From Phycisphaerales bacterium (GTDB lineage: Bacteria; Planctomycetota; Phycisphaerae; Phycisphaerales; UBA1924), in contig JBJXEW010000016.1 in assembly GCA_046156035.1 (NCBI GenBank), positions 15,185 to 79,184 of the forward strand: 64,000 bases of DNA, written 5' to 3'. Both the position numbers and the translations under genes were made by a program. Every line of letters starts with the position of its first letter. Position 1 is the first letter of the stretch. Of the stretch, positions 5,524 through 14,244 are shown piece by piece. The notes beneath the pieces are model-generated. The model saw only the letters and a program-made list of their open reading frames with translations. It had not been told where the DNA came from and searched no databases.

Positions 5524-8343
5524 ATGACCCGCTCGTCGCGCCCACCATGCCGCAACCCGCGCCAGCCCCTCACCACCCGGCGCGCCGTGGTCTCGGTGCT
5601 GGCGATGATGTTCCTGGTTCTCTTCGGCTCCCTGGGCCTGGCCATGACCATCTCCAGCAAGGGCAACCTGCGCACCGCCAGCACCCAACTGCACGTCTAC
5701 AAGGCCCTGGGCGCGGCCGAGACCGGCCTCGCGGTCGCCAAGGCACGCCTGCAGGAGGCCGCGGGCCGCTTCATCGTGGATCGCGGCACGATGGACGGCA
5801 CCTACGCGGCCAAACTCTGGTCCGGCACGCTGAGCGGTGGCGACGGGCAGAAGACCGTGCTCGCACCGCCCAGCGGCTTCGGCGAGCAGTCGCTCCCCGC
5901 TGGCATCGCACAGGCCGTCGTCAACGTCCACGCGGCGGACAGCAACACCGTCACGGTTTCGGGCCTGGCCAGTTCGCCAGTGGTCTCCAGCGCTCCGGCC
6001 GGCACCGACACAAGCGTCTACGCGGCGTCCAACTGGGTGGTGACTGCGCCTGTGGCCATCGAGGGCGCGGCGGCGAGCGGGTCTCTGAACGCGGCGTTCC
6101 AGATCACCTATGCGCCCCTTGCCAACGGGACGGACATCCGCATCATCGCCACGGGCTTCAGTTCGCTGGGCACAAGCGGCTCGGGATTCTCGTTCAGGAG
6201 CCACGCGGCCGCGGCAGACCGCTCGCTCACGCGGACGATCTCGCAGGACTTCCGCATTGTCAAGCGGCCGCGCCACGCGGTGCTGAGCCCCTCGCGCGTT
6301 CTCATCGGCAAGAACGTGCAGGTGACGGGCGACCTGGCAACACGCTACGACGAGACCACCTTCGAGAACGGTGAACCCTCACGCGTGAAGAGCGATTTTT
6401 ACGGCCTGAACGCCACGCTCGATGACATCCTCGACGCCCTGTACGTGGGCGTGGTCGCCAGCGACATCGACGGCGACAACCGCCTGCGCACGGCCCACGC
6501 CGGCGAGGCCGCCGGTCTGCCGACGGCCGCGACCAACCCAAGCCTGTTCGCTGACGGCGCGGCCCCCTTCGCCGACGCGACGCGCGACGGGTACGTCGAT
6601 GACTTCGATCTGTTCCTGAACTTCTACGGAGCCGACGACGGCACGGGCCGCAAGCGTGTGGACCTTTCGGGCGTGGCCGTGCCCGACACCGATCTGATGT
6701 ACCTGGTCGATTCCGCCGTGCCCGACCGCAACCGCAACAGCGTGTTCGGCTACACCGATGCCAACACGAACGGCCGCTGGGAAGAGACCGAGGTGCTGCT
6801 GGATGACGACGACGTGGTGCTGGGCTATCTGGACGGCATCATCGACTACAAGGACCAGTACGCCAAGGTGCGCGGGTCGCTCTCCTTCAAGGTGACCAGC
6901 GCCCAGTGGCTGGCCGACCAGGGCAGTTACAAGAACTTCATCAACGGGCCGATCAGCGCGAAAGCCGGGCAGGCGCCCGTCAGTTTCGGCGTGGCCGACA
7001 GCGCGTTGCCCACGATCGATGCTTCCACCTTCGCCAACCCTCAGGCCACGCTCAGCGCCAAGGCCACGGGGGGTTTCAACGCCCAGGTCGGCACGCAGAT
7101 CGGCTGGAGTTCCACCGACCTGGCCAACTACCCCTCGGCCAACAACCAGCCGGGCCAGCCGCAGTATTGGCGCGCCAGCCTCGACAACGCCGTGGTGAAG
7201 GCCGCGACCGGGCAGGACCTGTGGGAGAAGATGCCCTTCAACTCGCCGGCGTTCACCGACTACTACATCCGCCCGCGCTACGTGAACATGACGTTCACGA
7301 ACGCCACGATCCCCAAGGGCAACAACGGCCTGTTCGTGAACTGCAAGTTCATCGGTGTCACGCTGGTGGACTGCGAGACGGGCAACACCAACAGCAACTG
7401 GAACCTGTACGGCCGCCTGAAGTGGGACATCGCCCAGGCCAAGCCGGTGCCCTACACCGACCCGCTGGACAAGTCGGACTTCCTGCGGTACACAAGCGGG
7501 ATCGTGACCGATGGCCCGGCGAACTACGCCGACTTCCCCGACCCGCCGGTGATCGCCGGGCAGATCCGCACCGGCGCGGCACGCGACACGAAACTCTACT
7601 CGAACAACCTGCGCTTTCACAACTGCGAGTTTGTCGGGTCCATCGTGGCGCCCACGCCCAGCACCTTCACGCACGTGCGCAACAAGGTGCAGTTCACGGG
7701 CTCCACGCGCTTTCGCACGATGATGACCGACTCGAACGAGGCCACGGCCGCGAACTTCAGTTCCTCGGACGTGGCGGAACTGAAGAAGAGCGCGATGATC
7801 CTGCCGAACTACTCGGTGGACATCGGCACGTTCAACAGCCCGACCGATTCGTACACCGGCTCCAACCCGCCGACGCCCCAGAGTGTGCAACTGACGGGCA
7901 CCGTGATCGCGGGTGTGCTCGACGCCCGCGGCAACACCACCATCGATGGGTCGCTCATGCTGACCTTCGACCCCACACCGGGCGTCGGGCCGCTCGAGTA
8001 CTTCGGCCAGAGCGTTGGCAACCCTGCGTTGTTCAACACGTCGCTGGGCTACTTCGGCGATGAGGACGGCGACGGCGAATCGCTGGACCCCGAAACGCTC
8101 CCTCTGGAGGGTGGCATCAAGATCGTGGGGTGGGATTCTGATGGTGACGGCCTGGCCGACCTGCCGCACACGCCGCGCCCGGATGCGGGGCAGATCGCCA
8201 GCGGGGCGATCACCGCCGTGCCGTTCTACGGCTACGGGCGCGTGGTGCTGAACTGGAACCCCAACCTGCCGATGCCCGACGGCATCATGCTGCCGGTGCA
8301 GGCGGTGGCGCTGGCGGGCACGTATCGGGAGGGCCAGCGATGA
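5524..8343 (+). CDS. large (939 aa) PilX_N-like anchored protein with beta-helix-like and Ca-binding Asp-rich repeats
   Basis: The N-terminus RRAVVSVLAMMFLVLFGSLGLAMTISSKGNLRTASTQLHVYKALGAAETGLAVAKARL resembles the PilX N-terminal pilus-assembly domain. Internal motifs are DIDGDNRL, TRDGYVDDFDLFLNFYG and DEDGDGESLD...DSDGDGLADL. Repetitive N/T/G-rich strands (NNGLFVNCKFIGVTLVDCETGN, NNLRFHNCEFVGSIV) suggest a parallel beta-helix. Confidence 0.75.
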   Translation: MTRSSRPPCRNPRQPLTTRRAVVSVLAMMFLVLFGSLGLAMTISSKGNLRTASTQLHVYKALGAAETGLAVAKARLQEAAGRFIVDRGTMDGTYAAKLWSGTLSGGDGQKTVLAPPSGFGEQSLPAGIAQAVVNVHAADSNTVTVSGLASSPVVSSAPAGTDTSVYAASNWVVTAPVAIEGAAASGSLNAAFQITYAPLANGTDIRIIATGFSSLGTSGSGFSFRSHAAAADRSLTRTISQDFRIVKRPRHAVLSPSRVLIGKNVQVTGDLATRYDETTFENGEPSRVKSDFYGLNATLDDILDALYVGVVASDIDGDNRLRTAHAGEAAGLPTAATNPSLFADGAAPFADATRDGYVDDFDLFLNFYGADDGTGRKRVDLSGVAVPDTDLMYLVDSAVPDRNRNSVFGYTDANTNGRWEETEVLLDDDDVVLGYLDGIIDYKDQYAKVRGSLSFKVTSAQWLADQGSYKNFINGPISAKAGQAPVSFGVADSALPTIDASTFANPQATLSAKATGGFNAQVGTQIGWSSTDLANYPSANNQPGQPQYWRASLDNAVVKAATGQDLWEKMPFNSPAFTDYYIRPRYVNMTFTNATIPKGNNGLFVNCKFIGVTLVDCETGNTNSNWNLYGRLKWDIAQAKPVPYTDPLDKSDFLRYTSGIVTDGPANYADFPDPPVIAGQIRTGAARDTKLYSNNLRFHNCEFVGSIVAPTPSTFTHVRNKVQFTGSTRFRTMMTDSNEATAANFSSSDVAELKKSAMILPNYSVDIGTFNSPTDSYTGSNPPTPQSVQLTGTVIAGVLDARGNTTIDGSLMLTFDPTPGVGPLEYFGQSVGNPALFNTSLGYFGDEDGDGESLDPETLPLEGGIKIVGWDSDGDGLADLPHTPRPDAGQIASGAITAVPFYGYGRVVLNWNPNLPMPDGIMLPVQAVALAGTYREGQR

Positions 8344-9080
8344 ACAGTGAAGGCACGAAGGCACAGAGGCACCAAGGCACGGCGGACGGGACGTCCGCCC
8401 CACCGTCCGCCCCACCACGGCCACGGCGGGCGTTCAGCCTGGTGGAGTTGCTCATCGCCCTCACCGTGAGCGCCACGCTGCTGACCGCGACGATGGTCGC
8501 ACTCGATGTGATGTTCAAGCGCTACTCGGCCATCAGCGATTCGGCCGGCTCACACGTGGTCGCCCGCACCGTGATGCACCGGATGCTCTCGATGATCCGC
8601 ACCGGCTCCGACTTCGGCCCCTTCCCCGCCGACGTGCTGGACACGGACCAGAACCCTGTGACCAGCACGAGCATGGAGTTTGTCTCCGCGCAGGACACCG
8701 CGGCCGGCACACGCACGCTCGCCCGCATCGAGCGGCGCGAGGCCACGACGCTCACCCTGGAGAACGTGAGCACCGTGCAGCGCGGCCCCTTTGCGCTCTG
8801 GCTCGTGATCGAGACGACCACGCCCGCGGGCACCACAATCCAGGAACGCCCGCTCATCGACGGCGTGACGGCCGTCTCGTTCAACCTGCTCTACGACGTG
8901 GGCCCGCGCCTGCTGCGGGCGACCATCGACCTCTCCATCCAGCCGCGCAGCAGCCAGGTGGGTGAGTACGACGCGACCACGCGCCAGTACTCAGAGCGGC
9001 GGATGATGCAGGCGGATGTGAGCGATCAGGTGGTTCGGCTGGTGGCCTCTGCCGGGCCGCGTATGAACGACGGGGAATAG
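8340..9080 (+). CDS. prepilin-type N-terminal cleavage/methylation domain protein (pseudopilin, PilW/GspJ-like)
   Basis: ATG 8340 overlaps the upstream stop (ATGA). ...RPRRA/FSLVELLIALTVSATLLTA has Glu at +5 and Ala at -1. The 30-aa leader is partly encoded by the family B octamer repeat. Confidence 0.75.
   Translation: MNSEGTKAQRHQGTADGTSAPPSAPPRPRRAFSLVELLIALTVSATLLTATMVALDVMFKRYSAISDSAGSHVVARTVMHRMLSMIRTGSDFGPFPADVLDTDQNPVTSTSMEFVSAQDTAAGTRTLARIERREATTLTLENVSTVQRGPFALWLVIETTTPAGTTIQERPLIDGVTAVSFNLLYDVGPRLLRATIDLSIQPRSSQVGEYDATTRQYSERRMMQADVSDQVVRLVASAGPRMNDGE
8349..8380. repeat. Family B element: four tandem octamers (GAAGGCAC-like)
   Basis: The units are GAAGGCAC GAAGGCAC AGAGGCAC CAAGGCAC. 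They are followed by the hairpin GGCGGAC-gggac-GTCCGCC and a tandem GTCCGCCCCACC x2. The array starts 5 nt after the stop of the 5524-8343 gene. Confidence 0.85.
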
Positions 9081-9091
9081 CCGCGCCGCCC

Positions 9092-10027
9092 TCACTCACG
9101 AGCCCTCAGCCGCTGGATTGCGCCCGGGAGGCGGCTGAGCAAGTCTGCCGCGAGCATCCCCCCGCTTGCCTTGTGCTCTCTCGCCCACACATCCGCCGCA
9201 CGCCCGTGGGCCCACACGCCCGCGCACGCGGCCACAAACATCGAATCCTTCGCGCCAGCCGCGAGCAACTGAGCGAGCAAGCCGCCGACCACGCCCGCCA
9301 GCACATCGCCGGTTCCGCCCGTGGCGAGCGCCGCGTTGCCCGTGCGGTTCACCCACACCCGCTCGCCGTCGGCCACCACCGTGCCTGCGCCCTTGAGCAC
9401 CACGACCGCGCCCAACCGCTTCGCCAAGGCCTGTGCCGCGCCTGAGCGGCTGGCGGGCTCCACCGCGTTGCCCGCGATGCCCAGGGCTCCGGCCAGTCGC
9501 TTCCACTCGCCGGGGTGCGGAGTGAGCACCAGCCGCCCGTGCGCCGAACGTGCCAGCGACGGGTCGCCCGAGATGGCGTTGAGCCCATCCGCATCCACGA
9601 CCACCGGGCACGCCGAGGCTCGTAGCACGGTGCGCACCACTCCCGCGGCACCGGGCCCGCCCCCCAGGCCCGGCCCGAGCACCACGATATCCACGCCTTG
9701 CACGGCTTCCGCCAGTGCCTTGCCGGAGCGGCGGGCATCGACGCTGCCACTGGCAACGCACGCCAGCGCTATGCCCGTTGCCGAGGGCACCAGCCTCAGC
9801 ACATGGCCCACGATCGGCTCGGGAGCGGCTACTCGGCACAGGCCCACGCCGCAGCGCAGTGCCCCCAACGCGGCCAGCGCAGGAGCGCCGATCATGCGTG
9901 TGGTGCCCGCCGCGCACCCCCCCACGACCAGCACGGTGCCGAAGGTGCCCTTGTGCCCCTTCGCGGGCCGCGCGGGCAGCCGTGGAGTGGTGACCAAGAG
10001 GCGACGGGCTGAGGGGTGTGTGGCCAT
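9092..10027 (-). CDS. nnrD: ADP-dependent NAD(P)H-hydrate dehydratase (YjeF C-terminal domain type)
   Basis: 311 aa with KGTFGTVLVVGG, VVDADGLN, LTPHPGEWKRL and GGTGDVLAGVVGGLLAQ motifs of the carbohydrate-kinase-like Nnr2 family. Confidence 0.85.
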   Translation of the reverse strand: MATHPSARRLLVTTPRLPARPAKGHKGTFGTVLVVGGCAAGTTRMIGAPALAALGALRCGVGLCRVAAPEPIVGHVLRLVPSATGIALACVASGSVDARRSGKALAEAVQGVDIVVLGPGLGGGPGAAGVVRTVLRASACPVVVDADGLNAISGDPSLARSAHGRLVLTPHPGEWKRLAGALGIAGNAVEPASRSGAAQALAKRLGAVVVLKGAGTVVADGERVWVNRTGNAALATGGTGDVLAGVVGGLLAQLLAAGAKDSMFVAACAGVWAHGRAADVWAREHKASGGMLAADLLSRLPGAIQRLRARE

Positions 10028-10132
10028 GACAAGGGGTGCACCGCGGAATGGCCCGCAACCGAGCGCGGGTCAATACGGTATCGGTGCAGTCGCACATGCG
10101 TGCGTTTCCACGGATGCAACGGAGCCCGAGCC

Positions 10133-11353
10133 ATGAGCGTTTCCCGCCGCGACTTTCTCGCCTCAGCCGTCTCTGCCGCCGCGCTTGTGGGCGCTGCGGG
10201 CGCGGCCACGCCCGCGCTGGCCCGGTTGATGCGGGCTGACGGGCCGAAACTGAACATCCTGATCTTGGGTGGCACGAGCCTGACCGGGCCGCAGATGGTG
10301 GCCTATGCCCGCACTCGCGGGCACAAGGTGACGGTCTTCAACCGGGGCCGCACCGAGAAGCGCAAGGGGTCGGTCGGTGACGATGTGGAGCGGTTGCTGG
10401 GAGACCGCGACCCGGCCAAGGGTGAGGGGCTCAAGGCCCTGGAGGGCGACCGGACGTGGGACGTGGTGATCGACACATCGGGCTACTACCCGCGCATCGC
10501 GCGGGCGAGCGCGGAACTGCTCGCCAAGCGCACGAAGCAGTACATCTTCATCTCGACGATCAGCGTGTACAAGGACGGCATGCCCGTGGGCAGCGACGAG
10601 ACGGCCACGCTGGCCACCATGCCCGACCCCACGAGTGAGGACATGGCGGGCGGCAAGTATTACGGCGCTCTGAAGGTACTGTGCGAGAACGTGGTGCAGG
10701 AGGTGTACGGCAAGAACGCGTGCATCGTGCGGCCGGGCCTGATCGTGGGCCCCGGAGACGACACGGACCGGTTCACCTACTGGCCGGTGCGTGTGGCCAA
10801 GGGCGGCGAGGTGCTGGCCCCCAACACGCCCGCGGACCCGATCCAGTACATCGACTGCCGCGACTTGGGCGAGTGGTGCATCCGTCTGGCCGAGAGCGGC
10901 ACGGGTGGTGTCTTCAACGCGGCCGGGCCGGTGCCGGGCATCTCGATCGGCACGCTGCTGGATGCGTGCAAGAAGGCCAGCGGGTCGGACGCCACGTTCA
11001 CCTGGGTGCCAAGCGAGTTCCTTGCGGAAAAGCAGGTGGCCCCTTGGGGCGACATGCCCGTGTGGGTTCCGCCGGGCGATGCGGATTCAGCGGGGATGTC
11101 CACCACCAAGAGCGGCCGGGCGGTGGCGAAGGGCCTCACGTTCCGGCCCGTGGAACAGACCGTGAAGGACATTCTCGCGTGGTGGCCGGGCGAGATCGAG
11201 CGCCGCAAGCGTGTGGGCGCGGAGATGGTTGAGCAGGCGAAGAAGGACGGCAAGGAGCCCCCGAACCTGCCCGACCCGAACCTCCTGCGCGCGGGCATCT
11301 CACGCGAGCGCGAACTCAAGGTGCTGGAGGAGTGGAAGGCCAAGAAGGGCTGA
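10133..11353 (+). CDS. NAD(P)-binding epimerase/dehydratase-family (Rossmann) protein with twin-arginine signal
   Basis: ATG 10133 gives MSVSRRDFLASAVSAAALVGAAGAATPALA (Tat motif SRRDFL), then ILILGGTSLTGPQMV, a glycine-rich dinucleotide-binding loop. Confidence 0.8.
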   Translation: MSVSRRDFLASAVSAAALVGAAGAATPALARLMRADGPKLNILILGGTSLTGPQMVAYARTRGHKVTVFNRGRTEKRKGSVGDDVERLLGDRDPAKGEGLKALEGDRTWDVVIDTSGYYPRIARASAELLAKRTKQYIFISTISVYKDGMPVGSDETATLATMPDPTSEDMAGGKYYGALKVLCENVVQEVYGKNACIVRPGLIVGPGDDTDRFTYWPVRVAKGGEVLAPNTPADPIQYIDCRDLGEWCIRLAESGTGGVFNAAGPVPGISIGTLLDACKKASGSDATFTWVPSEFLAEKQVAPWGDMPVWVPPGDADSAGMSTTKSGRAVAKGLTFRPVEQTVKDILAWWPGEIERRKRVGAEMVEQAKKDGKEPPNLPDPNLLRAGISRERELKVLEEWKAKKG

Positions 11354-11475
11354 GGCCGCTCCCTTGGGTACCCCCACGCTCCGCGTGGGTGTTCCGCCTT
11401 GCGTACCCCCACTCTCCGACCGAAGGTCCGCCGCGGCGGAGCGGGTCTTCTCATGGATCAACATGCGCGCGGGCG

Positions 11476-13395
11476 TCAGCGCCCCGCGGCCACCGCATCA
11501 CGCCGTCCCAGTTCTCGCACCTTCCGAAAGGTGCTGCGGAAGTACTCGGTGTACGCGATGCGCGCTCGCGTGCCCTTCACCGGGTCGCGCCAGCGGTTCG
11601 TGTCGTCGGAGATGGCCTTGTAGGTTTCGGCCGTGAACGGCACGCGTGTAGTCGTGCCGTCTTTGGCCACCATCTCGTGCTCCGGGAAGGAATAGAACAG
11701 CCGCGTCATCTCCGCCAGGCGGTCGGGCGGGAAGGCCGAGTCCGTACGGGCCTTGTTGAGCGCATCCCACGCGCCGCGCAGTTCTTCCCCCGCATCCACA
11801 CCGAAGGCCCCCATCATCACGATCAGGCCCGTCCGCCAGCCGCGCACGGGCGTGTCGGAGGCGAGGTCAAACGGGTTGGTCTTGTCGGCGAAGTGGTCGA
11901 GATATCGCTCGTACATGACGCGGCGGACGGGCATGCGGCGCAGCCGCGAGGTGAGCGGCCCCATGCGGTCCTCACCGGCCGCCGACTCCGCGCCCCCCGC
12001 GCCGGGCCGGCGCGGATTGCCGCTGCTTGCCGGGTCACTCCGCGCGGCAAACTGCCAAAGGGCTTGGCCCTCTTCGCTCAGGCAGAACTCGACAAAGTGC
12101 CGGGCGATTTCCGGGTTGCGCCCGCCGCGCAGGATGGAGACGGGGTCGGCATCGATGTAGACCGATCCGGGCGGGTCGATGTAGCCAACGCGAGATTCCT
12201 CCGCGCTCTGGCCGGTGCGCTGGATCGATTGGGCCTGACCACGCCCATAGAAGTCGATGGCGACGCCCGCGATGGCCTCGCCCTGGCTCACATCGATGGG
12301 CGGCTGCGTGGAGGCGGATGCAAAGTAGCGGGCGTTGGCCGACATCTCACGCAGGATGCGCCAGCCCTTCTCCCAGCCCTCCTTGTTGAGCACCGAGTCG
12401 TAGTTGGTGGCCACGGAGCCCGACTGGCGTGCATCGGCGAGGGCGAGCAGGCCGCGGTAGCGCGGGTCGCAGAGTTTCTCGAAGGCGTCGGGGATCGGCA
12501 GGCCGTGCTCCCGCAGCAGATCGCGGTTGTAGACGATGCCGAAGCCCGACAGGGCCGTGCCCAGCCAGAACTGCTGAGGGTCGTAGAGTTTTTCGGAGCC
12601 GATCTTGTTGGTGCCGAACCAGTCGTCCAGTTGGGCCTTGCTGAAACCGGCGGGGGCGGACATGGAGACGCCCAGCAGGCGCTCGGTGCGGGCCAGGTCA
12701 AGGCGGACACTGGCGGGCTGGCCCACGCGGAGAGCCGCGCGCCAGTCGATTCCACCGGTCTCGATCCCCGCGGCGGGCACTCGCACACGAAGCGTCTCGC
12801 CCGCGATTGTCGCGTCCACCATCACGGGATCCGCCGTGTCCAGCGTGGCCAGTTCGGGAGCCTTCGCGGGCAGGGAGAGCGTCGCGGGCTCGCTCCGTGG
12901 CACCGCTGAAAGCGCCACCCACAGCGACACGTTGTTGGTGTCCTTCAGCCGGTTGTGGTCGAAGGAGCCGCCGCCGAACATGATGTCGATCGGGACCGTG
13001 TCGGGTGTGAAGAGCGGGTCGAGCGAGAAGTCGGTTCGCAGGAGTGCTTCGGGGTCGGCTTTGCGAATCTGGGAGACGATGCGGCTGGCCGCGGCACCGT
13101 ACTGGGCCTGCAAGAGCCGGACAATCTCCGTGGTGCCGCCGGGCGTGCGCCAGTCGATAGCAACACTCGCCCCGTACACGCGCTGGTGCCAGCGCCCGAA
13201 AGCCGCGCCGAACTCGGAGCGGATCTGCTCCACGTGGGGCGTGACGATCATCAGCGTCTGCGCGGCGGATCCGCCCGCGCCGCCGGCCCCTCCAGGGTGC
13301 GCCCCTCCCCCCCCCTGCAGGCGCGAGCGCACCACCATCGGCGTCGCGAGGATCAGGGCGAAGAGCACGAAGATGATCCACGGCGCGGCACGCAC
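11476..13395 (-). CDS. ABC transporter periplasmic substrate-binding protein (family 1, iron/polyamine-like)
   Basis: This is the 3' two-thirds of the 943-aa ORF 11476..14307. A likely GTG start at 13395 precedes the signal/anchor RAAPWIIFVLFALILATP. SBP-like blocks are LMIVTPHVEQIRSEF, GFGIVYNRDLL, VGYIDPPGS and RNPEIARHFVEFCLSEEGQ. The start codon is uncertain. Confidence 0.7.
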   Translation of the reverse strand: MRAAPWIIFVLFALILATPMVVRSRLQGGGGAHPGGAGGAGGSAAQTLMIVTPHVEQIRSEFGAAFGRWHQRVYGASVAIDWRTPGGTTEIVRLLQAQYGAAASRIVSQIRKADPEALLRTDFSLDPLFTPDTVPIDIMFGGGSFDHNRLKDTNNVSLWVALSAVPRSEPATLSLPAKAPELATLDTADPVMVDATIAGETLRVRVPAAGIETGGIDWRAALRVGQPASVRLDLARTERLLGVSMSAPAGFSKAQLDDWFGTNKIGSEKLYDPQQFWLGTALSGFGIVYNRDLLREHGLPIPDAFEKLCDPRYRGLLALADARQSGSVATNYDSVLNKEGWEKGWRILREMSANARYFASASTQPPIDVSQGEAIAGVAIDFYGRGQAQSIQRTGQSAEESRVGYIDPPGSVYIDADPVSILRGGRNPEIARHFVEFCLSEEGQALWQFAARSDPASSGNPRRPGAGGAESAAGEDRMGPLTSRLRRMPVRRVMYERYLDHFADKTNPFDLASDTPVRGWRTGLIVMMGAFGVDAGEELRGAWDALNKARTDSAFPPDRLAEMTRLFYSFPEHEMVAKDGTTTRVPFTAETYKAISDDTNRWRDPVKGTRARIAYTEYFRSTFRKVRELGRRDAVAAGR

Positions 13396-13412
13396 GGCCA
13401 GAGTGTAACAGG

Positions 13413-13462
13413 GAAGACGGAAGGCACGAAGGCACGGGGAAGGCACCGAGGCACAAAGGCGC
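13413..13462. repeat. Family B element (GAAGGCAC-like octamers)
   Basis: GAAGACGG AAGGCAC GAAGGCAC GGG GAAGGCAC CGAGGCAC AAAGGCGC, in the divergent spacer between the SBP start (13395) and the SDR start (13534). Confidence 0.8.
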
Positions 13463-13533
13463 GAAACCGCGGGGGCGCGGCACACGGGTGGGAGCGGGCC
13501 AATAGTTCCGCGCGGGTGCATGGAGCGGCAAGC

Positions 13534-14244
13534 ATGGCGGATGGTCATCCAGTGGCGGTCATCACGGGCGCGGGCAGCGGCATCGGGCGGGCAACCGCCG
13601 TCATGCTCGCGCAGGCGGGCTTTGCCCTCGTGCTCGTGGCCCGCACGCGTGAGGCCGTAAGCGAGACCGCCGCGCTCACGGGCGTGACCGAACGCGTGGA
13701 GGTGGTGGGCGGCGATGTGGGCGATGCCTTCCAGTGCAAGCACATGATCGCGCGGGCGGTGGAGCGCTTCGGGCGGCTGGATGCCCTCATCAACAACGCC
13801 GGCCTCGCGCCCCTGCTGGCCATCGACAAGACCGATCCCGAAACCATCGACAAGGTCTTTCGCGTGAACGCGATGGGCCCGGCATGGGCGATCCACCACG
13901 CCTGGCCGATCTTCGTGAAGCAGAACAAGGGGTGCATCGTGAACGTCGGCAGCATGGCCACGTTCGACCCGTTCCCCGGTTTCTTTGCTTACGCCGCGGC
14001 GAAGGCGGCCGTGAACCTGATGGCCGCAAGCTGCGCCAAGGAGGGCAAGCCCTTCAACATCCGCGCGTTCACGGTGGCCCCCGGCGCGGTGGAAACGCCC
14101 ATGCTCCGCAAGATCATGCCCGAGCAGAACCTGCCGACATCCAAATGCCTGGCCCCGAGTGATGTGGCGAAGGTCATCGTGCAATGCGTGCTGGGCGAGC
14201 GCGACAGCGACAACGGCAAGACCATTGCGATACCGAGCCCGTGA
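13534..14244 (+). CDS. short-chain dehydrogenase/reductase (SDR) family oxidoreductase
   Basis: 236 aa from ATG 13534: VAVITGAGSGIGRA, NNAG, and the catalytic Y-x3-K in FFAYAAAKAA. Confidence 0.85.
   Translation: MADGHPVAVITGAGSGIGRATAVMLAQAGFALVLVARTREAVSETAALTGVTERVEVVGGDVGDAFQCKHMIARAVERFGRLDALINNAGLAPLLAIDKTDPETIDKVFRVNAMGPAWAIHHAWPIFVKQNKGCIVNVGSMATFDPFPGFFAYAAAKAAVNLMAASCAKEGKPFNIRAFTVAPGAVETPMLRKIMPEQNLPTSKCLAPSDVAKVIVQCVLGERDSDNGKTIAIPSP

Noticed and set aside
6379-8424. 681-aa ORF on the minus strand antisense to the PilX_N-like gene
   Set aside because: The composition is Arg/Ala/Gly/His/Val-rich and low-complexity, with no family motifs. It mirrors a well-supported plus-strand gene, so it is a typical high-GC shadow ORF.
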